64,000 nucleotides of DNA from the NCBI GenBank assembly GCA_035457565.1, contig DATIBJ010000063.1:10384-74383 (forward strand), read 5' to 3'. Under the pieces are notes generated by a model, which saw only the letters and a list, made by a program, of their open reading frames with translations, searched no databases and was not told the DNA's origin. Made by a program: the position numbers and the translations under genes. This document shows positions 28,695 to 37,215 of the stretch, piece after piece (the first letter of the stretch is position 1; every line of letters starts with the position of its first letter). The stretch comes from Pyrinomonadaceae bacterium. Lineage in GTDB: Bacteria > Acidobacteriota > Blastocatellia > Pyrinomonadales > Pyrinomonadaceae.

Positions 28695-28742
28695 CCCAGT
28701 CTTTGGTTTTGGTGTTTGGTTGCGAATCCGACCTTTCTTCGA

Positions 28743-29046
28743 ATGTGGTACTTCCTCATCAGAGTAATGACGAAAGCCAATTCTGATTTCGCCACGGCAA
28801 GGGGTGGAGCATATGTAAATTTGTTGGATTAATTTTCAGATTGAGGATGGTGCACGACTTTTAGCTGAATACTACGTGATTCAGGAAGGTTGGGTTATTC
28901 AGGAGATCGAAGAATCGAAATGGGTCGGGCAGGAAACGTACGATGACAATCCTGATGGCTTACGTTATTTCAACGAAGCGTTACATTACGGAGCCTCTTT
29001 CGTTTTCAACACCTGGCCGACGAACGGTGAAGATTCAGAGGATTAA
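28743..29046 (+). pseudogene. Possible frameshifted small acidic protein gene
   Basis: ATG 28743 opens a 29-codon frame ending at TAA 28830-28832. The +1 frame is then open from 28819 to TAA 29044-29046 (ICWINFQIEDGARLLAEYYVIQEGWVIQEIEESKWVGQETYDDNPDGLRYFNEALHYGASFVFNTWPTNGEDSED) without an ATG. Confidence 0.25.
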
Positions 29047-29097
29047 TCGCAGGAGGCAACTGAAGTACTCAGGTGATCTTAAAGCGGGGCGGACAAA

Positions 29098-29178
29098 ACA
29101 GAACGGGAGCGAAGCGACCGCTTTCAACTCACGTTGCATGTTGGCTAGTTGAAAGCGGTCGCTTCGCTCCCGTTCTGT
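29098..29178. repeat. Perfect 32-bp inverted repeat, AGAACGGGAGCGAAGCGACCGCTTTCAACT family
   Basis: Arm 29098-29129 is the exact reverse complement of 29147-29178, with a 17-nt loop. Confidence 0.95.
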
Positions 29179-29253
29179 ATCCCGTAACTGGTGCCTGGCC
29201 ACAACGGCGCTTCCCTATGCACAATCGGCAATTGGCAATCGGCAGTACTGTAT

Positions 29254-30399
29254 ATGTCTATTGATCGTCACCGTGATCAGTTTCCCACTCTCGCCTCTGG
29301 CATCCACTTGCTGAGCCACAGCCTTGGACCAGTGCCGCGAGCGGTGCGCGATTCCATGAACGCCTACTGCGAGGCATGGGAACACCATACGAGTGAAGAT
29401 GCATGGGCGACGAACTGGTGGGAGCTCTCGCAGCGGATCGGGGATCGGATTGCACGCATTCTCGGCGGCACAGCTGGATCAGTTCAGATCCAACCAAACG
29501 CATCGATAGCGCTGGCATCAGTCGCGTCGTGCTTTGATTTCAGTTCTTCAACCCGAAACAAAGTCGTCACTACTGCCCTCGACTTCCCTTCAATGGAATA
29601 CATCTGGGAAGCACAACAGCAACTCGGCGCGCACGTCGAGGTCGTTGAATCGGAAGACGGCGTATCAATTCCACTGGAAAAAATACTCGACGCGATTGAC
29701 GACACGACGTGCCTTGTAGCGCTCTCTCATACTTCTTACCGCAGTTCTTATCGCGTCGATGCCGCAGCAATCACACAAAAAGCGCACGCGAAAGGTGCCC
29801 TCGTCCTTTTCGACGTGTATCAGTCGGCAGGTGTTGTTGAACTCGATGCTGAAGGTTGGGGCGTTGACTTCCTGATCGGCGGCACGATCAAGTGGCTCTG
29901 CGGAGGTCCCGCTTGCGGTTATCTCTACGTGCGTCCTGATCTACAGAGAGATCTGCGACCACGACTGACTGGCTGGGTTGCACATCACTCTCCGTTCGAC
30001 TTTGCGCACTCACCGATCCGTTACGCGCGTTCAGTGAGGCGTTTCGCTCAGGGCACGCCCAGTATTCCGGCTTTATATTCGGCGCTACCGGGTTTAGAGA
30101 TCGTCGAATCTGTCGGAATCGAGTCGATCGCCGCCGAGTCGAAACGTCGAACTCAGAAGATGGTCGACTTCGTGATTGATCGTGGCTGGAAATTGAATTC
30201 ACCTCGCGATACCAACCAACGAGGCGGTTCTGTGATGATTGGAGTTGACGATGGGCCGGCAATGGTCGATCGTTTGGCGGCGCGAAAAGTTTTTGTCGAT
30301 TGCCGGCCACAAGCGGGCTTGAGAGTGTCACCGCACTTCTTCAACACGGATGAAGAGGTTGATGAGGCGTTGAGCGTGCTGGTTGAGTTGATTCATTGA
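29254..30399 (+). CDS. Aminotransferase class V-fold PLP enzyme (kynureninase / cysteine desulfurase-like)
   Basis: Start taken at ATG 29254 (MSIDRHRDQFP). The upstream part of the tracked ORF is repeat sequence. PLP-lysine context GGTIKWLCGGPACGYLYV. Confidence 0.8.
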   Translation: MSIDRHRDQFPTLASGIHLLSHSLGPVPRAVRDSMNAYCEAWEHHTSEDAWATNWWELSQRIGDRIARILGGTAGSVQIQPNASIALASVASCFDFSSSTRNKVVTTALDFPSMEYIWEAQQQLGAHVEVVESEDGVSIPLEKILDAIDDTTCLVALSHTSYRSSYRVDAAAITQKAHAKGALVLFDVYQSAGVVELDAEGWGVDFLIGGTIKWLCGGPACGYLYVRPDLQRDLRPRLTGWVAHHSPFDFAHSPIRYARSVRRFAQGTPSIPALYSALPGLEIVESVGIESIAAESKRRTQKMVDFVIDRGWKLNSPRDTNQRGGSVMIGVDDGPAMVDRLAARKVFVDCRPQAGLRVSPHFFNTDEEVDEALSVLVELIH

Positions 30400-30450
30400 T
30401 CATGTGTCATTTGACATTTCGCATTTGTCATTGAGGAGCAGCAGGTTGTT

Positions 30451-30933
30451 ATGGTCGATGCCACTAAAGCTTCGCCGGGACTCCCAGCGCCTGATTTCTC
30501 ATTGCCCGATGGTGAGGATAAACAGTGGCGTTTGTCTGACCATCGTGGCAAGGTCGTTGTGCTGCTCTTCTATCCCGGTGATGAAACTCCCATCTGCACC
30601 CGACAACTCTGTTCCGTAAGAGATCGCTGGGAAGATTACGTCGCGACGGGCGCGGAGGTCGTCGGTATCTCGACCGATTCAGTGGAGTCGCACCAAAAAT
30701 TTGCCGAGCATCATCAGTTACCTTTGCGATTACTTTCAGATCGAAACGGTGACGTGTCGAGGAGTTATGGTGCCCGGTCTTTAATACCAGGAAAAGTTGC
30801 GCGTTCAGTTTTTGTGATCGATCCGAATGGAATACTGCGGCACTCCGATATTCGTCCGCTCGGGTTGTTTCGCCCAAAGGATGATGAGACGATAAAAGCG
30901 ATCATTGCAGCAAAGATGGGTATTGTTGATTGA
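30451..30933 (+). CDS. bcp: Thioredoxin-dependent peroxiredoxin (Bcp type)
   Basis: 160 aa. FYPGDETPICTRQLC peroxidatic/resolving Cys motif, GISTDSVESHQKF. Confidence 0.85.
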   Translation: MVDATKASPGLPAPDFSLPDGEDKQWRLSDHRGKVVVLLFYPGDETPICTRQLCSVRDRWEDYVATGAEVVGISTDSVESHQKFAEHHQLPLRLLSDRNGDVSRSYGARSLIPGKVARSVFVIDPNGILRHSDIRPLGLFRPKDDETIKAIIAAKMGIVD

Positions 30934-31003
30934 TGATTGTAGATTGCCCTAGGTCGATTCAATTCACAATCATCAATCATCAATCATTAATGTACAATCA
31001 ATA
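30921..31003. repeat. Hairpin of TTGATGA/CAATCAT words
   Basis: tattgttgattgatgattgtagattg faces caatcatcaatcatcaatcattaatgtacaatcaata. The left arm overlaps the bcp 3' end and stop. Confidence 0.8.
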
Positions 31004-31016
31004 GGAAGACGCGATT

Positions 31017-31301
31017 ATGGCTGACCAAATAAAGTGCGCTCACTGCGGCGAGAAGCGACCTGCCCTTGGGTTTGCCCCACTACCAAACGAACTGGGCCAG
31101 CGCATCGCCCGAGAGATTTGCCAACCATGCTGGAGTGGGTGGCTGCAGAAGCAAACACAGATCATCAATCACTACGGCCTGGATCTGTCTACCCCCGACG
31201 CGCAGAACTTTCTCTTCGACAACATCAAAGGGTTCCTGTTTGGCGAACTCCCGCAGACCGCCGAAATCGACACGACGAAAGAAGGCTCGGTTAAATGGTA
31301 G
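31017..31301 (+). CDS. yggX: Fe(2+)-trafficking / oxidative-damage protection protein YggX
   Basis: 94 aa. Matches the YggX layout (C..C....L......PGELGQRI...I...CW..W...QT..INHY.L). Confidence 0.85.
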   Translation: MADQIKCAHCGEKRPALGFAPLPNELGQRIAREICQPCWSGWLQKQTQIINHYGLDLSTPDAQNFLFDNIKGFLFGELPQTAEIDTTKEGSVKW

Positions 31302-31502
31302 CCGCTCCTGCTTCTGCCTATTGCACCTGCCTCCTGTCTGTTGACTGGCCCAACGATTGCTCCTCCATTCGCTGACGCGTTTCCCTTAATCCGCCATCCA
31401 TTTAATTGCCCCTAAACCAATGGACCGTAATACGTCCACTGGCGCGTTTTAATGCGCCCGTATGCTTTCAGAACTGAAGATGCGCTACACAAGGAGGATT
31501 GG

Positions 31503-32021
31503 ATGAGATACAGAGTTTTCGGATTCATAGCAGCAGGCCTACTGGCCCTGGCACTTGCCGGTTGCAATGAGAATATGAATAACGCAAACAACGCTAACGC
31601 CAACGCGAATGTGGCCGCTAATACCAACGCCAATGCGAACACGACTGTCGCCAACGCGAATACCAACACTCGCCGCGCGCCAACACGTGAAGAGTACGAA
31701 CGCGAGAAGGATCGATATCAACGCGAAGCCAGAGAATCCGGCCGTACGGTTGGCAGTGGCTTGAACGATGGTTGGCTTTGGGTGAAGACAAGGTTTGAAC
31801 TTGCCGCCGCTGATGACCTTCGCGACTCGACGATCAACGTCGACGTCGATAACGCCGTGGTCACTCTGAGTGGCACTGTGGCAAATGCTGCTCAGAAAAC
31901 TAAGGCTGAACAAGTCGCAAAAGCGGTTGAAGACGTCAAAGGCGTGAAAAATATGCTAAAGGTGGCGCCAGGCAATAGTAATGCGGGCAACGCAAATAAA
32001 TCGGCTAACGCAAATAAGTAA
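31503..32021 (+). CDS. BON-domain lipoprotein with Asn/Ala-rich low-complexity linker
   Basis: Start at ATG 31503 with AAGGAGGA RBS. Signal plus lipobox LALAGC. NNANNANANANVAANTNANAN linker. BON motif INVDVDNAVVTLSGTV...VKGVKNMLKV. Confidence 0.75.
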   Translation: MRYRVFGFIAAGLLALALAGCNENMNNANNANANANVAANTNANANTTVANANTNTRRAPTREEYEREKDRYQREARESGRTVGSGLNDGWLWVKTRFELAAADDLRDSTINVDVDNAVVTLSGTVANAAQKTKAEQVAKAVEDVKGVKNMLKVAPGNSNAGNANKSANANK

Positions 32022-32238
32022 CTGACCGAGCGCGGCACCGAACTCAACCCTCAACCGCTAATGCAGCCCAGCAGAGTCGTGTTGAGTGGTTCTAAGTGTG
32101 AACTTTAACGGATCTCGCTTTGTTCTAATCCGATTTTTACGTTAAGCTTTCGCCCAATCTTTCCTGAACTGTTGTTTATTGGTCGACTTCTTGGCCAAGA
32201 ACGTTTTCGCAAATTAACTGGATGGGGATCTGGTCATC

Positions 32239-33918
32239 ATGCCCAAAGTCCACCTGCGACTTCTCTTCGCACTAGTCGCTGTTCTGTCACTTGTCTGTGT
32301 AGTCAACTGGCATAGCAGCGCGCAACGCAGCGCCGTTGATACTTACGCGATAACCAATGCCCGCATTGTCACGCTGAATGGCCCGACAATTGAAAAAGGC
32401 ACAGTCGTGATCCGCGATGGATTGATAGCCGCCGTGGGAGCTAACGTCAGCGCTCCTGCTGATGCTCGCATTGTCGACGGCAACGGCTTAACGGTCTATC
32501 CCGGCCTTATCGATTCGTACACCAATCTCGGTTTGCCTGAGGCAGCGCCGGCGCCGACAACTGCGGGAGGCCCAGGTTTTTTTCAAATCGCGCAAGCGCG
32601 GCCAAGTCCTGGCGGTCCGAACTCAACTCAACCCGTAGGTCTTCAGCCTGAGGTGATGGTTGACGATGTGATCCGTCCGGGCGGCAACGAAATTGAAGCA
32701 GCGCGGAATGCCGGTATAACGACCGCATTGACTTTGCCGCGATCAGGTATCTGGATGGGCCAATCGGCATTGATCAATCTCGCCGGTGAAACATCGCAGC
32801 AGATGATCGTTCGGTCACCGGTGGCGATGCACGTGAGTTTCACGCCACTGAGAGGTAGTTATCCTGGTTCTTTGATGGGCGTCTTCGCACAGTTGCGGCA
32901 GATGATGCTCGACGCGCAGCGTTATCGCGATTCGATGCAAATTTATGAGCGCTCGCCGCAAGGTACTCGACGTCCGGATATCGATAAATCGCTTGCGTCC
33001 TTAATTCCGGTGATTGAAGGTCGCCTGCGCGTTGTTATGTTTGCCAACTCAGAAAGAGAAATAACGCGCGCACTCGATCTCGCTGAAGAATTTAAGCTTC
33101 GAGCGATTATTGCAGGTGGTCGCGAAGCGGATCGAGTAGCCGAAAGACTGGCGAAACAAGACGTACCAGTGTTGCTGTCGCTAAATCTGCCGCGCCGCAC
33201 GACGGCGGCATTGCCCGAAGCCGATCCAGAGCCGTTGCGCGTGCTGCGGGATCGAGTCGAAGCCCAACAGACGGCGGGACGACTAGCTCGCGCTCGCGTG
33301 AAGTTCGCGTTTCAGTCAGGTGGACTGACGAATATGTCGGAGCTGATGCCGAACGTTGGCAGAGTTATTGCCAACGGGTTGTCGGCAGACGACGCGATTC
33401 GCGCCTTCACCATTTGGCCAGCGACCATTTTCGGTGTCAGTAACCAGCTTGGCTCAATTGAAACCGGGAAGATCGCAAACCTCGTCCTCGTGCGCGGTAA
33501 TCTGTTCGATCGCGCTGCACGAGTGACGCAGATGTTCATTGACGGTCGTCCAGTTGATCTCAGGCCGCCGACCGCCGCACCTCCCGGTGCAGGCGAGACG
33601 CGGAATCTTGGTGGCGCATGGAACGTCGTGATCGAAACTCCGCAAGGACAACTCAACGCGACGCTAAATATCGAACAAGAAGGCGACGTCATACGCGGTG
33701 TCATGCAAGGTTCGTCTGGAGGAACCCGGAACATCGCGAATGCCTCCATTTCAAACTCAGGCGAATTGCGATTCACGGTGCCGACCGATATCGGCGGCGA
33801 AACGCGTGAAGCGACTTTCATAGGAACGCTTTCGGGTAATGAAATTCGGGGCCAAGTAACTGTCGAGGGCCGTCCGCCCGCAACGTTTACGGCCAGACGA
33901 AGAACGCCGGGCGAATAG
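32239..33918 (+). CDS. Secreted amidohydrolase-family paralog 1 (HxH site not conserved) with about 110-aa beta-rich C-terminal extension
   Basis: 559 aa with signal peptide. VYPGLIDSYTNLG sits where the metal-binding HxH is expected. GSIETGKIANLVL near the C-terminus of the barrel. Confidence 0.8.
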   Translation: MPKVHLRLLFALVAVLSLVCVVNWHSSAQRSAVDTYAITNARIVTLNGPTIEKGTVVIRDGLIAAVGANVSAPADARIVDGNGLTVYPGLIDSYTNLGLPEAAPAPTTAGGPGFFQIAQARPSPGGPNSTQPVGLQPEVMVDDVIRPGGNEIEAARNAGITTALTLPRSGIWMGQSALINLAGETSQQMIVRSPVAMHVSFTPLRGSYPGSLMGVFAQLRQMMLDAQRYRDSMQIYERSPQGTRRPDIDKSLASLIPVIEGRLRVVMFANSEREITRALDLAEEFKLRAIIAGGREADRVAERLAKQDVPVLLSLNLPRRTTAALPEADPEPLRVLRDRVEAQQTAGRLARARVKFAFQSGGLTNMSELMPNVGRVIANGLSADDAIRAFTIWPATIFGVSNQLGSIETGKIANLVLVRGNLFDRAARVTQMFIDGRPVDLRPPTAAPPGAGETRNLGGAWNVVIETPQGQLNATLNIEQEGDVIRGVMQGSSGGTRNIANASISNSGELRFTVPTDIGGETREATFIGTLSGNEIRGQVTVEGRPPATFTARRRTPGE

Positions 33919-33921
33919 ATC

Positions 33922-33996
33922 ATTGTCGATTGCCGATTGCCGATTTGGCGGTCACAGCAACGTCCAATCGGCAATCGGAAATTGGCAATCGGCAAT
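33922..33996. repeat. Hairpin of ATTGCCG words
   Basis: attgtcgattgccgattgccgatttgg faces ccaatcggcaatcggaaattggcaatcggcaat. Confidence 0.85.
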
Positions 33997-34026
33997 ACAA
34001 GGATTACTTCAACTCAGGAGTTAACA

Positions 34027-35451
34027 ATGAAAAGATTCATTAGTCGGCTTCTACTGGTTTCCATCGCGAGCGCTATACCGGTGTGTAACGCACATGCACA
34101 GCGCGCCGCCGCGCAGCCTTCCGAAACCCTAATCAAGAATGCGACTGTGCTGACGATAACGCGAGGCACGCTCAGCAACACCGACGTTTTGATTCGCAAT
34201 GGGAAAATCGCGGGCATCGGAAAGAACCTGAATGCTTCGTCCAGCGCCCGCGTGATCGACGGCACTGGTAAATACGTGATGCCGGGCATCATCGACTGCC
34301 ATTCGCACTCAATGCTCGACACAATCAATGAGGGCACGCTCGCAGTCACATCGATGGTGCGAACGCAGGATGTGCTGAATCCAGGCGATGTCGATCTCTA
34401 TCGGGAGCTGGCGGGCGGCGTTACGACGTTGAATCTGCTTCATGGCTCGGCGAATCCTATCGGCGGATTGAACACGGTAGTGAAGATTAAGTACGGACGC
34501 CCGGCGAGCGAGTTTCTGTTCCCTGGCGCGATGCCCGGGATCAAGTTCGCGCTCGGCGAAAACGTGAAGCGATCAAGCACGCCCAATCAGCCCGGAGTGC
34601 AGCGTCGTTATCCGAATACGCGAATGGGGGTCGAGGAAACGATTCGCGATGCATTCACGCGTGCGCGCGATTACAAAGCGACGTGGGATGATTATCGCGC
34701 GAAAGTAGCCAAGGGCGACAAGAACGTAATGCCGCCACGTCGGGATCTTCAGCTTCAGCCGTTGGTCGAGATCCTCGAAGGCAAGCGATACGTTCACGCG
34801 CACTGTTATCGCGCGGACGAGATTCTGATGCTAATCGGTTTGGCGGATGAGTTTGGTTTCAAGATTAAAACGTTCCAGCACGTGCTGGAAGGCTACAAAG
34901 TTGCGAAAGAGATCGCCGCACATGGTGCAGGAGCTTCAATCTTTGCCGATTCGTGGGCCTACAAGATCGAAGCATACGACGCCATTCCCTACACCGCCGC
35001 GATCATGACGCGCGCAGGAGTCGTCGTCTCAATGAATTCCGACTCAGATGAGCGCGCACGCAGGCTGAACATCGAAGCCGCAAAAGCGATGCACTATGGT
35101 GACCTCACCGAAGAGCAAGCACTGAAACTCGTGACTCTGAATCCGGCAATTCAGCTCGGCATTCAAAATCGCGTGGGATCGATTGAAGTTGGCAAGGATG
35201 CAGACCTGGCGATTTGGAACGGACATCCGTTCAGTGTCTATTCACGCGTGGACACGACGTTTATTGACGGCGAGGTCTTCTTCGATCGTCAAACAGACAT
35301 TGCCAGACGCGCCGACCTCGCGAAAGAACGCGCGACTTTGGAACAAGCTGAACCGAACCGGCCACCGGCTGCCGGCCAGTCTCCACAACGGCCCAGAGGA
35401 CGACGACCGTCACATCGAGACGACGATATGTGGGAAGGAGAGCAGCCATGA
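34027..35451 (+). CDS. Secreted amidohydrolase (canonical metal site)
   Basis: Start at ATG 34027 after an AGGAG RBS (MKRFISRLLLVSIASAIP signal). VMPGIIDCHSHS HxH motif. GSIEVGKDADLAIW. Confidence 0.85.
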   Translation: MKRFISRLLLVSIASAIPVCNAHAQRAAAQPSETLIKNATVLTITRGTLSNTDVLIRNGKIAGIGKNLNASSSARVIDGTGKYVMPGIIDCHSHSMLDTINEGTLAVTSMVRTQDVLNPGDVDLYRELAGGVTTLNLLHGSANPIGGLNTVVKIKYGRPASEFLFPGAMPGIKFALGENVKRSSTPNQPGVQRRYPNTRMGVEETIRDAFTRARDYKATWDDYRAKVAKGDKNVMPPRRDLQLQPLVEILEGKRYVHAHCYRADEILMLIGLADEFGFKIKTFQHVLEGYKVAKEIAAHGAGASIFADSWAYKIEAYDAIPYTAAIMTRAGVVVSMNSDSDERARRLNIEAAKAMHYGDLTEEQALKLVTLNPAIQLGIQNRVGSIEVGKDADLAIWNGHPFSVYSRVDTTFIDGEVFFDRQTDIARRADLAKERATLEQAEPNRPPAAGQSPQRPRGRRPSHRDDDMWEGEQP

Positions 35452-36827
35452 TCAGGAGCAGGAGCAGCAGGCTGGAGCAGGCAAAAGCAAGAATCGCGGC
35501 TGCTACGATTGCCCTTGTGCTTTCGTTGTGCGCGGGTTCAATCGCGCAGCAAATCGGTAATCCTACAGCTCAGGAAGGTGTGCTTCCACCACGCGGAACG
35601 TTTGTCATTCGCAATGCTCGCATCGTAACGGTCAGCGGTCCAGACATCGAGAACGGTTCAATCGTCATTCGAGACGGCAAGATCGAAGCAGTTGGTGCTG
35701 CAGTCAACGCACCGGCAGGCGCGCACCAAATCGATGGACGTGGACTGTCAGTCTATCCGGGCATGATCGACGCCGGCACGAGCATGGGTCTCGTTGAAGT
35801 ACCGCAAGGGGCAAACGGCACGGTTGACACGGCCGAAGTCGGTGATTTGAATCCCAACGCAAAGGCTTACATTGCGATCAATCCGCACAGTGCGCACATC
35901 GCGGTCACGCGAGTCGATGGCGTCACAAACACGTTGAGTTCGCCAACCGGCGGATTGATCTCGGGACAGGCTGCATTAATTAACCTGCTCGGCACGAGCC
36001 CAAAAGAGATGGCGGTTGTGCCTTACGCCGCGCTCGTGATCAATTACCCGCGCATCGGCGGAGGTGGCGGAGGTTTTGGCGGCTTTCAACAGCAACCGGC
36101 AAACCTTGCCGACACACTGACCGCAAACGAACGACAGTTGGAACAGATTCGAAAAATGTTGCGCGACGCCGAAGCGTATGCGCGCGCACGCGATGCTTAC
36201 AAAGCAGATCCAAAACTGCCGCGTTCTGACATGAACATTGTTTTGGAATCGCTTGTGCCGTACGTGCGCGGTGAGCGACCTGTGATTTTCAGAGCTGATC
36301 GGGAAGCTGAGATTAAAGGTGCTCTGAAGTTTGCGGAAGAGATGAAGTTGAAACCGATCATTCTGGGTGGAAACGACGCGTGGAAAGTTGCGACGCTCTT
36401 GAAGGAGAAGAACGTCCCTGTGATTCTGACAGGCGTGTTTGAGCTCCCTTCGCGTGAAGACGATTTCTACGATCAGCTCTATGAGAACCCATCAAAACTT
36501 CAGCAAGCCGGAGTTCGGTTTGCTATTTCGACCGGTGACGCCGGCCCTGAGGTTCGGAATCTACCGCTGTATGCAGGCATGGCGTCGGCTTTTGGATTGT
36601 CGAAGTCCGACGCCTTGAAGGCAGTGACGCTCTATCCTGCGCAGATTCTGAATGTCGCCGATCGGTTAGGCTCAATCGAGCCGGGTAAAACGGCGAACCT
36701 GGTAGTCACGGATGGCGATCTGCTGGAGATTCGGACGCACATTCGCTATCTATTTATCGATGGCCGCCAGGTGCCGTTGACAAGCCGTCACACGGAACTA
36801 AACGATGCGTTCAAGGATCGGAAGTAG
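35448..36827 (+). CDS. Secreted amidohydrolase-family paralog 3 (HxH site not conserved)
   Basis: Start taken at ATG 35448 (ATGA overlap with the upstream stop, GGAAGGAG RBS). VYPGMIDAGTSMG at the HxH position. GSIEPGKTANLVV. Confidence 0.8.
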   Translation: MIRSRSSRLEQAKARIAAATIALVLSLCAGSIAQQIGNPTAQEGVLPPRGTFVIRNARIVTVSGPDIENGSIVIRDGKIEAVGAAVNAPAGAHQIDGRGLSVYPGMIDAGTSMGLVEVPQGANGTVDTAEVGDLNPNAKAYIAINPHSAHIAVTRVDGVTNTLSSPTGGLISGQAALINLLGTSPKEMAVVPYAALVINYPRIGGGGGGFGGFQQQPANLADTLTANERQLEQIRKMLRDAEAYARARDAYKADPKLPRSDMNIVLESLVPYVRGERPVIFRADREAEIKGALKFAEEMKLKPIILGGNDAWKVATLLKEKNVPVILTGVFELPSREDDFYDQLYENPSKLQQAGVRFAISTGDAGPEVRNLPLYAGMASAFGLSKSDALKAVTLYPAQILNVADRLGSIEPGKTANLVVTDGDLLEIRTHIRYLFIDGRQVPLTSRHTELNDAFKDRK

Positions 36828-36960
36828 GTCCTTAGTCTTTGGCCTTGGGCCTTGGGTCTTAGGTCTTCAGCCTTCGGCCGTTGGCCTTTGGTCTTCGGCC
36901 TTTGGTCCTTAGCCTTTGATCTTTGTCTTCGTCCTTAGTCTTTGGGTTTTTGCTCTTTGC
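36828..36960 (+). repeat. Direct array of about 19 degenerate CTTTGGN/CCTTGGG heptamers
   Basis: tctttgg ccttggg ccttggg tcttagg tcttcag ccttcgg ccgttgg cctttgg tcttcgg cctttgg ... starts at the stop of the amidohydrolase gene. No full inverted partner is adjacent. Confidence 0.9.
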
Positions 36961-37215
36961 GTCCGTTTTGCAGAAGGTTCTCATTCTCCCCAGGCTTTAG
37001 CCTGGGGTAATGCGGCCCCTTAAAGACCAGAAACCGTTTTAACGGTTTCGATGGCCGCATAAAATAAGCGGACGATAGGATGAAGACCTTGGTTAAATTC
37101 GAAACCGTTTCTGGGTTTTGTTCGTAAGCCCTCTTCTCGTTGCTCTCAATTCAGCTCCGAAGGTATTCGTCTCCCTGGACACACCATCTTCAACAATTTT
37201 GCAGGAGGCTCCGCC

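Noticed and set aside
31549-31566. TGGCAC...TTGCA resembling a sigma-54 -24/-12 promoter
   Set aside because: The spacing is N7 rather than N5, and it lies inside the signal-peptide coding region of the BON lipoprotein gene.
31560-31680. AACGCN hexanucleotide repeats as a non-coding array
   Set aside because: They are in frame within the BON lipoprotein gene and encode its N/A-rich linker (NNANNANANANVAANTNANAN). This is a low-complexity coding region, not an intergenic element.
33312-33995. Long antisense ORFs (33312-33995 227 aa, 62106-62756 216 aa, 22343-22921 192 aa, 5755-6321 188 aa, 246-734 162 aa, 1437-1856 139 aa)
   Set aside because: Each lies opposite a gene with strong family motifs and has Arg/Ser/Pro-rich composition typical of antisense frames in moderately GC-rich DNA.
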